Shown here: positions 1-8,858 of the stretch, one piece after another
Position numbering within the stretch: the first letter of the stretch is position 1
How the letters are laid out: the number at the start of each line of letters is the position of its first letter
Source: a bacterium
Lineage (GTDB): Bacteria; Zhuqueibacterota; Zhuqueibacteria; Oceanimicrobiales; Oceanimicrobiaceae
NCBI GenBank assembly: GCA_046757525.1
Contig: JBHHYI010000010.1
Coordinates: forward strand, 1-47,883
Reading direction: 5' to 3'
Length of the DNA: 47,883 bases
The notes under the pieces: generated by a model
Told to the model about the DNA's origin: nothing
Seen by the model: the letters and a program-made list of their open reading frames with translations, nothing else
The model's database searches: none
Position numbers and translations under genes: made by a program

Positions 1-271
1 TCTTGTTGCAGGTCAGCACTGTGCAGCCAGCAAACAGGATTCCTCCTGAATGACATTGGAGGCTGTTACAAAGGACGGCGACCGCGAGGCGTTTCCTAAC
101 AGCAATGCTCTCTCTGTGTGCTTTTGACTGAAAGGAATGCCCTCGCAATCGAGACGATTGCGTTACATTTAACGGAGCGTTTCCTAAAAGAAAACCTTCT
201 TCCCCCTTGATTCCTCTTTCCTTCCTTGGAGTGTTTGGATTGCGACGACTGTGGGAGGATGCCCGGAATCC

Positions 272-298
272 TCAATTCTGTGCAGTTTTTGCCGATAT
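272..298 (+). promoter_or_regulatory. sigma28 (FliA/WhiG family)-type promoter upstream of the pil operon
   Basis: TCAA(272-275)-15 nt-GCCGATAT(291-298); matches the TAAA/TCAA-N15-GCCGATAA consensus in sequence and spacing. Confidence 0.6.
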
Positions 299-444
299 TT
301 TAGACAGCAGGACCTAAAAAACAAGGTGCTGTGAATTCGAGACCAAACCGCGAATTGTGTTTCAATAAAAGCAAATCCTACGCGAACACGATTGGCTCAG
401 CCACATTTGACCAGGGTTTTCACTGAGATTTTACGAGGGAAGAA

Positions 445-3252
445 TTGCGATTCACATTTGACGAAAGCAGCGAAGAAGTTGAGGTGGTGGATGATATTGC
501 AGAGCCTTTGATCTTATTGGACGATCCGAACGGGCCACAGCAATCTGAAGGCGACGTTACAGTGGTCACCGCCGGGGTCGGCGAGTCTGCATTACACGAG
601 GCGCCAGCAGAGAGCAACCGCCTTGAAATTCCCACGGCTAACCAGGCCGGTGGCGAGGAAGTCCAGTCCCCTCTGCCTGAGGATCTAAGTCAATCCGGGG
701 CAAGCGCCCCGACGGGGAAAGATGCAAATCAGTCCGCGAAAAAATCGTTCGAATCAGACTTTTCCAAATATCAGTTCGACTTCTCACCGCTCGAGGAGCA
801 GATTCGAATTCGGGATTTTCCAGATGTGCCGGATAATCCCTGGATCATGGCGCCACGCCAGCCGGTCCTGGAGCAAGCTTCTGCAAAGCAGACAACTTCC
901 AATTCGACAGCGGAGGCCGACTCTCCTTTGGACCTTGAGAAGCCGTTGGAGGAACCGCTGATTTTGCCGCAACAACCGTCGGACACGCAAGCGGCCGCGG
1001 CCGACTCGGGGTCGCAAGGACAACAGGTGCCTTCCTTTGAGGCGACCGAGTTTCGGCTGGAGGAGGTGGCGTCGGAGACGGTCGTCCTTGACCCGGAGGG
1101 GTCTGGCCAGGGAGAGGCGTCGGAAATCGGGGCGCAGGAAATCGCCGAAGCGCTCGTTTTCCCCCAAGAATCAGATTTTGAAGACCTTCCTTTCGAAGAA
1201 TGGCCGGGCGAGTCCGCGGTGGAAGAGCCGCTAATTTTGTCTCAGGAGCCTTCACGGCGGGACGCAACCGTGGCAAATGCGGCCTCGCTCGAGCAAGAAG
1301 AGCCTCTACCTGAAACGACAGAGTTTCGCCTGGAGGAGATCGCGCCCGAGGTCGAAATTGCTGAATCCCAGGAAGCCGACTTTTCTGCCGACGGCGTGCC
1401 TGCCACGCCGGACACAACTGAGCCGCTCATCCTGTCCGGCGAATCTGCCGCCGGAGAGCCTGCCACCGCGGTTAGCAGGCACGGAACCAACGCAGAGAAA
1501 AAACCCAAAGAAGAGACCTCCGCTGCTCAAAAACCCGGCAAGGGCAATCTTCTGACCAGGCCCCTTTCACTGAATCTTTTCTGTGAATCCAACAAGCTCC
1601 TGGGTTTGGATATTGGCAGTCGGACCATCAAGTTCATCGTGCTAAAGAGGTCCTCGCGAGGCTTGCGGCTGTTAGACTGTGGAATACAGCCCATGGTCGT
1701 GGATTTTCAGGAGGAAGACGGTGAGGAAAAAGAACGCCTGATTGCTCAAATTCTGGACACGCACCTGCGGGAGAAATCTCTCAAGAACGCCATCATTACA
1801 AGTGCGGTTTCTGGTTTGGAGGTTCTCTTTCATCACATTCAACTGCCCAGGATAGCCAACAAGGATCTGAATCAGGCGGTCACCTGGGCCTGTCGCAAAG
1901 ACTTGCCGTTTCCTATTGAATCCTCGGTGGTGGAGTATCGGGTTCTTGCCAACAGCGGCAACAGGACTGAAAGCAAGTTAGACATTTTGGTTGTGGCAGC
2001 GCAAGAGCATCTTGTTTCACGTCATTTGGGAATGCTTGAAAGGGCAAAAATCAGGCCCTCTAAGATCTCCACGGTACCGGCCGCCCTGTGGAAGCTGTCG
2101 CAGTCCCTGCCTAATTCGAAACGCCAGGACAACTACGCCATCATTGAAATCGGAGGGAAATCAAGCCATATTGTTTTTGTGCAGCACGGGCAGTTGCAAT
2201 TCGCCCGAGAGATTACCATCGCCAGCCATGACTTCACGGAAGCCTTAACCAGCGTGGTCTTTTCCGATGGCCAGGAATTTCGAATTGACGGAAAGTTGGC
2301 CGAGCAAATCAAGCGAGAATATGGATTTCCGCGCGCTGCAGAGGAGCAAGGCCACACCAAAGAAGGCATTCCCGTCAAAGAGATCTCCGTCATGCTGCGG
2401 CCGGTGTTAGAAAGGCTGGTCAACGAAATCCACCGCACCATCGAGTTTTACAAAGAAAAGTTCCGCGCAGACGAGGTTGCAAAGGTGTTTCTGACCGGGG
2501 CGGGTGCCCTGTTGGCTCATCTCGATGAACGGCTTGCCGAAGAACTCAAGATCGGTGTGGAAATCCTGAATCCCTTTCAAATCATTGCGACGAAAGAAAA
2601 GATCAACCGGCAAGCCTTGCTTGCCATCGGGCCTCGATTTGCCGTAGCAACGGGTCTTGCGCTGGATCAGGAGAAAACCTTGAACTTTTTGCCAGACAAG
2701 TTAAAAGGCGCACGAACCTTCAGAATCTTGAAGAAGCTTTTGCGCTACCTAACGGTCATTGTTTTCCTGATTTTGATTTTTTTTTCTGAAAATATTTCAA
2801 AACAAAATCAAAGAATTGCAGGGGAGTTCAAGCGGTTTGAAGAACAATATGAGCGGATGGAGCCCAAACGAAAACAGTTCGTTGCTCTTCGAAACAAATT
2901 AGCTAAGCTTCGCAAAATAAATAAACAATACCAAGATAGAATCGTTGTGAATTTGACCCTGGCCAGACACCTGAAGGCCCTGAGCAACTTAGTGCCAACC
3001 AACGTGACTTTGACCGCATTCAGGGTTGAATATCGCAACACCAAGGCCAATGAGAAAAAAAACGCTTTCAAGCGTTTGGAATTCTTAATACTCGAGGGAG
3101 TAGCCTTTGAAGATCATTCCATGGAGGGGGTTAATCTGGCGAATTTCCTGTTCAATTTAGAAAAGTCAAATTACTTTTCAAGCATTGCACTGCGTGACCA
3201 GAGAATTCGAAAAGATGGAAGTTTGGCATTCACTCTGGAATGTCAAATTTAG
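445..3252 (+). CDS. pilM: type IV pilus assembly PilM-PilN fusion protein with ~370-aa acidic N-terminal extension
   Basis: Actin-like PilM motifs LGLDIGSRTIK, IIEIGGKSSHI, VFLTGAGA, FAVATGLAL, then NFLP, a TM helix (LTVIVFLILIFF), coiled coil and a PilN-like tail (LSNLVPTNVTLT..ILEGVA..NLEKSNYF..FTLEC). TTG start with AGGGA upstream; exact start uncertain. Confidence 0.8.
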   Translation: MRFTFDESSEEVEVVDDIAEPLILLDDPNGPQQSEGDVTVVTAGVGESALHEAPAESNRLEIPTANQAGGEEVQSPLPEDLSQSGASAPTGKDANQSAKKSFESDFSKYQFDFSPLEEQIRIRDFPDVPDNPWIMAPRQPVLEQASAKQTTSNSTAEADSPLDLEKPLEEPLILPQQPSDTQAAAADSGSQGQQVPSFEATEFRLEEVASETVVLDPEGSGQGEASEIGAQEIAEALVFPQESDFEDLPFEEWPGESAVEEPLILSQEPSRRDATVANAASLEQEEPLPETTEFRLEEIAPEVEIAESQEADFSADGVPATPDTTEPLILSGESAAGEPATAVSRHGTNAEKKPKEETSAAQKPGKGNLLTRPLSLNLFCESNKLLGLDIGSRTIKFIVLKRSSRGLRLLDCGIQPMVVDFQEEDGEEKERLIAQILDTHLREKSLKNAIITSAVSGLEVLFHHIQLPRIANKDLNQAVTWACRKDLPFPIESSVVEYRVLANSGNRTESKLDILVVAAQEHLVSRHLGMLERAKIRPSKISTVPAALWKLSQSLPNSKRQDNYAIIEIGGKSSHIVFVQHGQLQFAREITIASHDFTEALTSVVFSDGQEFRIDGKLAEQIKREYGFPRAAEEQGHTKEGIPVKEISVMLRPVLERLVNEIHRTIEFYKEKFRADEVAKVFLTGAGALLAHLDERLAEELKIGVEILNPFQIIATKEKINRQALLAIGPRFAVATGLALDQEKTLNFLPDKLKGARTFRILKKLLRYLTVIVFLILIFFSENISKQNQRIAGEFKRFEEQYERMEPKRKQFVALRNKLAKLRKINKQYQDRIVVNLTLARHLKALSNLVPTNVTLTAFRVEYRNTKANEKKNAFKRLEFLILEGVAFEDHSMEGVNLANFLFNLEKSNYFSSIALRDQRIRKDGSLAFTLECQI
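949..1338 (+). repeat. degenerate intragenic duplication, 273-nt (91-aa) period
   Basis: EEPLIL at 949 and 1222; TEFRLEE at 1045 and 1318 (both offsets 273 nt); further EPLIL copies near 502 and 1420. Confidence 0.75.
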
Positions 3253-3255
3253 TTT

Positions 3256-3837
3256 ATGGCTGAATCAAAAAGAGTTTTGATTTTTGCGGTTGTTCTTTTA
3301 GTTGTGGTTAGTTTGGGGTGGTACTTTGTCTTTTACCAACCAAAGGCTTCCAGCATCATAACGTTAAAGGAAGATTCTCAGAGACTCCTGCTAAAGCTGA
3401 AAAGCTTACAGGTAACGGACAAGAGAATTGCAACGCTCGAGAATCAAATTGAAAAGTTGCAGGATCAAATAGATCAACATAGGACCAAAATTTGGCCGAA
3501 GTCAGACATGCCTCGCATGGTTAAGCAGATCGAAAAGCAAGGCAGGGTCTTCGGTTTGAAATTCCAGAGCGTGATTCCCGAGTACGATGCTTTGATGAGT
3601 TTACCGGATGCCAGCCGTAGAAAGGGCGATCTACTTGAACTTACCGTTCATTTTAAGCTTCAGGGTTCCTACAAGAACTTTGGCAGATTTGTCGAATCGC
3701 TGCAAAAACTGCCGTTCGTTATCTCGTTGGGGGAGATGAGCATGGTTTTCAATAAAGAGCTTTATCCTGAATTGGAAATCATGTTGGACGCTGTTTTGTA
3801 CTTGCGAGAATCGTCGCCGGTTCAGCAAAAGTCCTGA
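3256..3837 (+). CDS. pilO: type IV pilus assembly protein PilO
   Basis: N-terminal TM helix, coiled coil, LQGSYKNFGRFVESLQKLP motif; follows the PilN domain. Confidence 0.8.
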   Translation: MAESKRVLIFAVVLLVVVSLGWYFVFYQPKASSIITLKEDSQRLLLKLKSLQVTDKRIATLENQIEKLQDQIDQHRTKIWPKSDMPRMVKQIEKQGRVFGLKFQSVIPEYDALMSLPDASRRKGDLLELTVHFKLQGSYKNFGRFVESLQKLPFVISLGEMSMVFNKELYPELEIMLDAVLYLRESSPVQQKS

Positions 3838-3853
3838 ACCAACCGGATGAAAG

Positions 3854-4327
3854 ATGGCCAGCTTGAAGAAAAGTGAAAAGATATTGATAGGAGTCGGAGG
3901 ATTCTTGGCTGTGGTTTTCGTGTTCGACCAATTTGTGTGTGGAGTCGAAGAAAATCCTCCGCTGACTGTTAACCAGGTCAAGGTTGTGCAGGAGAGAACG
4001 CCCCGGCCCGTCGCTTCTACAAAAAACCAGCCCGCAGTGCGCAAGTCTCGAGCCCGCGTTCCGCGGAAACTTGTTGAATATGCTGCCTGGGGACGAGATC
4101 CCTTTGCCGGGGCCTTTAGGTTGTCTGAGCACAAGGGGCCCCACCGTGATTCCAGTGGTCTCCGGTTGCGAGGAATTATTTGGAAGAACGGACAGGCACG
4201 CGTTCTCATCGGGGACGTCATTCTAAGAAAGGGAGAACGGCTGGGTGATTTACAGATTTTGGACATCAAGAAAGATCGTGTTATTTGCAAAAAGCATGGT
4301 AAAATTCTAACCCTGGTATTACACTAA
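3854..4327 (+). CDS. pilP: PilP-like pilus assembly protein
   Basis: N-terminal membrane anchor, WGRDPF motif, LRLRGIIW..ARVLIG..GE..G..I..I..DRV beta domain; lies between pilO and the secretin. Confidence 0.65.
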   Translation: MASLKKSEKILIGVGGFLAVVFVFDQFVCGVEENPPLTVNQVKVVQERTPRPVASTKNQPAVRKSRARVPRKLVEYAAWGRDPFAGAFRLSEHKGPHRDSSGLRLRGIIWKNGQARVLIGDVILRKGERLGDLQILDIKKDRVICKKHGKILTLVLH

Positions 4328-4328
4328 G

Positions 4329-6113
4329 ATGATTCCTCCCAGTAAGGTTACTCTGCAATTTGCCGCCAGCGTCTTTGCACTGCTGTTTTGTGCCAGCTTG
4401 GCCTTGCCCGGTCAAGACTACAAGATTGAAGCGGTCAACTTGATTCATGTTGACGGGAACTACCAGGTTACCATAAGCTCTTCGGGGTTGCCCAAGTACA
4501 CCAGCAGTTTCAAAGGGTCGCCGCCCAGAATATTGCTCTACTTCCGCGATTCCCAATTGGCTGGCGTTAGAAAAGAGGTGGCTTTTGACATCGGGCCAGT
4601 CAAAGAGATCAGAGCCGTGCAGTGGAAGCATTCGCCCGCTATCGTGAAGCTTACCATTTTGCTCGCCTATTCAATGCCCTTTGATGTCAAGGAACAGGGC
4701 CAAACCGGCTTTCTTGTTAACCTGGACTGGAACAGCACTGACCGTAGCGAACACTTTCGCGCGGCGATGACGAATTCGGCGAAATCTTCTGGGGACCTGG
4801 TGTTGGCCAGGACGAATCCGATCGATTATTCCAAAACAGTGCATCTAAACCGAAATGCTTCCGATGGTCGACAAGACTGGTTGGACAGTGCGGAACCGGT
4901 GTCGCTGGATCTCAGGCAAGCCGACCTCGCAGATGTGCTGAGAATGTTGGCAAAGTTAAGCAAACTAAACATCGTCGCCAGCAACGAAGTGACCGGAAAA
5001 GTGACCGTGAGCCTGTCGAATGTCACCATCCGGGAGGCTCTTGACAACATCGTCAGGGCGAATGGCTACGATTACGTGTGGGACGGCAATGTGATCCTTG
5101 TGAAGCAGAAGGACAAGTTTCAGTTCGAGGATTTGGAAACCAGAATTTATCGATTAAAATACATCGATGCAAGAAACCTGCAAGCGATTCTAAAGGATGT
5201 GTTGTCCAAACAGGCCAAGGTGCATGTGTTTAGCCAGAACTTTCAACAGCAGAACGAGGAAACTCAAGGCCAGGGTCAAGATGGGACTCAGGGCACGAGC
5301 AGCAGACGGCTGAGTAGAAGCAGCACCCTCATCGTCAGTGATTCACGCGCCAATCTGGAACAAGTCAGCGCCATGATTGCTGCGCTGGACGTGCCCACGC
5401 CGCAAATCATGATCGAGGCTAAGCTTATCGAAGTCTCGCCGCAGAGAACGGACAAACTGGGGATCAATTGGTCCAAAACGCTCAACGCTCAGGTGTTTCG
5501 GGAGGTCATTGAACCCTCCGGCTCCCCCAACCGTTTTTCGGTGGAGGTGCCGCTGGACGGTGGCGGCGTGAACTACGGCACCCTGTCGGTTTCGCAATTT
5601 GGCGCCGTCCTTGATTTCTTGAATTCATCCACGAACTCGAAGCTGATTTCCAACCCTCGCATCTTAGCCATGGACAATCAAGTGGCCGAGATCAGCGTTG
5701 GGACCAACGTGCCGATTCCGCAAATCACCCGCGGCGTCGGCGGTCAGGGGGATGTGGTGACTTTTGATTACCGGGATGTGAACATTTCGTTGCGCGTGAC
5801 CCCGCACGTGGGCGACAATGAAACCATTACCCTGTTTGTAAATCCCGTGATCGAGGAAATCACCGGGGAGGTGAGAGCGGGCGAAAACAGCGCTCCCATC
5901 ACCTCCAAGCGGGAAGTGCAAACCGTGGTGACCGTCAAGAGCAACGAAACCGTTGTCATCGGCGGCCTGATCAAGGAAAGGAATATCGAAACTCTGGACA
6001 AGGTCTGGCTGATAGGGGATGTGCCGCTCATCGGCAGCTTGTTTCGACACAAAGACAAAACCAAGCAGCAAACAGACCTGCTCATTTTTATTACCCCGCG
6101 GTTGTTAGAGTAA
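4329..6113 (+). CDS. pilQ: type IV pilus secretin PilQ (AMIN-like, N domains, secretin)
   Basis: Signal peptide, VSLDLRQADLADVLRMLA, LDVPTPQIMIEAKLIEV, SNPRILAMDNQ, TVVIGGLI, GDVPLIGSLFR, LLIFITPRLL. Confidence 0.9.
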   Translation: MIPPSKVTLQFAASVFALLFCASLALPGQDYKIEAVNLIHVDGNYQVTISSSGLPKYTSSFKGSPPRILLYFRDSQLAGVRKEVAFDIGPVKEIRAVQWKHSPAIVKLTILLAYSMPFDVKEQGQTGFLVNLDWNSTDRSEHFRAAMTNSAKSSGDLVLARTNPIDYSKTVHLNRNASDGRQDWLDSAEPVSLDLRQADLADVLRMLAKLSKLNIVASNEVTGKVTVSLSNVTIREALDNIVRANGYDYVWDGNVILVKQKDKFQFEDLETRIYRLKYIDARNLQAILKDVLSKQAKVHVFSQNFQQQNEETQGQGQDGTQGTSSRRLSRSSTLIVSDSRANLEQVSAMIAALDVPTPQIMIEAKLIEVSPQRTDKLGINWSKTLNAQVFREVIEPSGSPNRFSVEVPLDGGGVNYGTLSVSQFGAVLDFLNSSTNSKLISNPRILAMDNQVAEISVGTNVPIPQITRGVGGQGDVVTFDYRDVNISLRVTPHVGDNETITLFVNPVIEEITGEVRAGENSAPITSKREVQTVVTVKSNETVVIGGLIKERNIETLDKVWLIGDVPLIGSLFRHKDKTKQQTDLLIFITPRLLE

Positions 6114-6132
6114 AGCAACAGAAAGAGTACTC

Positions 6133-7182
6133 ATGCGAAAAACCGATCTTGACAAACTTTTGACCTATGCCGTGCAAAAGGAAGCCTCGGACGTTCACCT
6201 TAGCTCAGGCAGTCCACCTATTTTGCGCATTCACGGCCTGTTGCGGCGGGTGGAAGGCAGCCTGATTACTAGCGAAGGACTGCACGCCGCTTTTGCGGAA
6301 ATTCTGACTGAGAAGCAACGCCAGACCCTGGCGGAGTCGCACGAATTGGACTTTGCCTACGAGATTCCCGGGGTCGCGCGATTCCGCACCAATCTCTTCG
6401 TGCAACTGCGCGGCCAAAGTGCGGCTTTTCGCACGATTCCGGAGCGAATACGGTCGCTGGAGGAGCTGCGTGCTGCCAAGGGCATTTATCAGCTTTGCCG
6501 CGAAAGCAAGGGCATTGTCCTGGTGACCGGGCCGACCGGCTCCGGCAAATCGACCACGCTGGCCGCCATGATCGATCTCATCAACCAGGAACGGCGGGAG
6601 CACATTTTGACGATCGAGGATCCCATCGAATACGTGCACCAAAACAAGAACTGCCTTATCAACCAGCGTGAGTTGGGACAGCACACGCTTTCTTTTGCCA
6701 ATGCTTTGCGCAGTGCCCTGCGCGAGGATCCGGACGTGATTCTGGTAGGGGAGATGCGCGACCTGGAAACCATCGCTTTAGCCTTAACCGCCGCCGAAAC
6801 CGGGCACCTGGTTTTTGCGACGTTGCACACCATGAGTGCAGCGGAAACCGTCAATCGCATCGTGGATGTGTTTCCGGCGGACCAACAGAGTCAGATACGC
6901 GCCATGTTTGCCAATGCGGTGCAGGGGATCGTGGCACAGCGCCTGCTGCCGACCAGAGACGGCAAAGGCCGGGTGGCTGCCTACGAAATCATGATCGCAA
7001 CCTCGGCGGTGCGCAATCTCATCCGCGAGAAAAAGTCACACCAGATTTATTCTTCCATTCAGACCGGTGGGATTTACAACATGCAGACCATGGATCAAGT
7101 GCTCAAGCGCTATTTGCAACAAGGACTCATCGCTAAAGAAGTGGCTCTGGAGAACGCTTCGGATGCCAGCGTTTTGAAATAG
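6133..7182 (+). CDS. pilT: type IV pilus retraction ATPase PilT
   Basis: ASDVHL, Walker A GPTGSGKSTT, TIEDPIE, LREDPDVILVGEMRD, TLHT, AVRNLIRE. Confidence 0.95.
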   Translation: MRKTDLDKLLTYAVQKEASDVHLSSGSPPILRIHGLLRRVEGSLITSEGLHAAFAEILTEKQRQTLAESHELDFAYEIPGVARFRTNLFVQLRGQSAAFRTIPERIRSLEELRAAKGIYQLCRESKGIVLVTGPTGSGKSTTLAAMIDLINQERREHILTIEDPIEYVHQNKNCLINQRELGQHTLSFANALRSALREDPDVILVGEMRDLETIALALTAAETGHLVFATLHTMSAAETVNRIVDVFPADQQSQIRAMFANAVQGIVAQRLLPTRDGKGRVAAYEIMIATSAVRNLIREKKSHQIYSSIQTGGIYNMQTMDQVLKRYLQQGLIAKEVALENASDASVLK

Positions 7183-7184
7183 AT

Positions 7185-8060
7185 TCAGCGCAGCGCCCAG
7201 TCGAAATCGACGGCAACGGCGAAATGGTCGCTTAGCTTGTTGCCCTCCTCATCCACGAAATCGGGATCGATCTTCCACGAAGTCGCCTTAAGCATCAACG
7301 AAGCGCTCTTTCTAAACAGAACGCGATCGACCATTTCAGCGCTACAAGCGAGGAAGCGGCAGGCGTCTGTGAGGGCCGCCCCGTCGAGCAAGCTTTGCAG
7401 CATTTCGGCGTCCGCTGCACGCAGCTCCGTATTCAGATTGGTGTCGCCGGCAACGATGACGGCTTTGCCGGCTGAGCGTGTCTTTATGGTTTGCAGCAAC
7501 TGCGCGATTTGCATGCGTCTCGAGTCGATATCGCTTTGACTCCCCCCGGAATCCATGTGCAAATTGTAGACGTCAATAGTCACACCTGGAGCTATTTCGG
7601 TTTCCGCAACAGAAAAACCTTTGAGGGCCAGACAATCATTGCCTCGATCGTTGGAACACGTTTGCCAGGCTTTCCTTTGAAAATTCGACAGCGGAAACAT
7701 AGAAAAGCGATTGAGACCATCCCCGAAAAGTATCTGTGAATTGCCTGATTCCGGTTTGGATTTGTAAGGATGTTCGGCCTGTGCCATCAATTCGTTGTGA
7801 AAGAAGAAGTCCTCCTGCACCAGAGCAACGTCAAACTTGTTCAACAACGGGCTTATTAAAGGAATGTTTTTTTCCGGATTCGAGGGCGAAATGCCCTGAG
7901 GGAGACCGGCCACGTTGTAAGTGAGCAAAGAGAAACTATCCGAAGATTCGGTAAGCGTTGTGGGCTTGTTATCGGAACAAGAAGTGAAAAGCGTGCAGAA
8001 CACAAGAAAAATGAAACACGATTCTTTAGACACTCGATAGGCCTTTCGATTTGACATCAT
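7185..8060 (-). CDS. endonuclease/exonuclease/phosphatase (EEP) family lipoprotein
   Basis: TYNVAGLP, VQEDF, NLHMD, AGDTN, DRVLFR, LSDH motifs; lipobox LFTSC; start moved to ATG 8060 (or 8057) behind AAGGA. Confidence 0.85.
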   Translation of the reverse strand: MMSNRKAYRVSKESCFIFLVFCTLFTSCSDNKPTTLTESSDSFSLLTYNVAGLPQGISPSNPEKNIPLISPLLNKFDVALVQEDFFFHNELMAQAEHPYKSKPESGNSQILFGDGLNRFSMFPLSNFQRKAWQTCSNDRGNDCLALKGFSVAETEIAPGVTIDVYNLHMDSGGSQSDIDSRRMQIAQLLQTIKTRSAGKAVIVAGDTNLNTELRAADAEMLQSLLDGAALTDACRFLACSAEMVDRVLFRKSASLMLKATSWKIDPDFVDEEGNKLSDHFAVAVDFDWALR

Positions 8061-8381
8061 CAGCGTCCTTGTTACTAAATGGTCCCATCTCAGGAGGCGT
8101 TTCGTGAGCGGCGCTTTGAAGTAACGCTCGCTCTTTGTCATTTCGAGGACGTGCGGCGGCAGGGAAATTTGGCTACCTTAGTATCCGTATTATTGTGCTT
8201 GACCAGATTTCTCCCAGGCAGTTGCCGTGTCGAAATGACACGCTTTCGGGCCTCTAACAGGCTATGTTGGTCATGAAATGCCCCGCGATAGTTTATGGCT
8301 AAACGCACAGTATATCCAGATATCGTAAGAGTTGCAAGTGAAATTGTTGTAACAACGCGTGTTTTTCGGCGTGCAGTTTCT

Positions 8382-8528
8382 CTAACAAGAAAAGCGAAAT
8401 TGGCATTCCAGGAAAGAAAGGCGGAAAGCACCGTCGTGATTTCCAATTAAGATGTGGGCAATGGCCTTGCCGGCACCAGGGTCGAGCGCCTCTTGCAACT
8501 GATCGAAAATTTTGAGCGTGTTGATCAT
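8382..8528 (-). pseudogene. possible 5' remnant of a coiled-coil protein gene (MINTLKIFDQLQEALDPGAGKAIAHIL...)
   Basis: 48-codon minus-strand ORF, below the track cutoff. The first 27 aa resemble from memory the N-terminus of 'LAEAQKRTE' heptad-repeat proteins, then the sequence loses resemblance. Confidence 0.35.
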
Positions 8529-8678
8529 CTTTTTGATATTGCAGTTCTGGTCTTATTGAACATCTTACCCATCTAAAAAACAACCAATTCTCCACAACAT
8601 TGCAAGGAGTTTTTGGAAGCTGCGGCCTGTTTGCACCAAGCCATGCAAGATGGGCAGAACGCAACGCCATACTAACAC

Positions 8679-8707
8679 TTGACTTTGTGGATTAAGTTCA
8701 TTACTTT
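8679..8707 (+). promoter_or_regulatory. sigma70-type promoter for comF
   Basis: TTGACT-17 nt-TACTTT. Confidence 0.5.
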
Positions 8708-8858
8708 TTTCAGCCAGAAAAATCTTGGTGCTCTAAACGGTTTTTGTGTGCGCCCTCGCCATACTCTTTTTTGACAGAATTGCCGGGACAGCATTAGGGC
8801 AGCAAAAAATGACAGCCGTGGTGTTTTTCGTTCGAAGCGACTGAGTGAGCGGGTTTCA

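Noticed and set aside
2777..2785. T9 tract in pilM-pilN (and G8 at 21563-21570 in dnaK) as phase-variation sites
   Set aside because: Short, in frame, and explained by Ile/Phe and Glu-Gly-Gly codons
8138..8670. Track ORFs 8138..8446 and 8299..8670 (minus) and 8079..8276 (plus)
   Set aside because: No motifs or RBS and atypical composition; likely spurious
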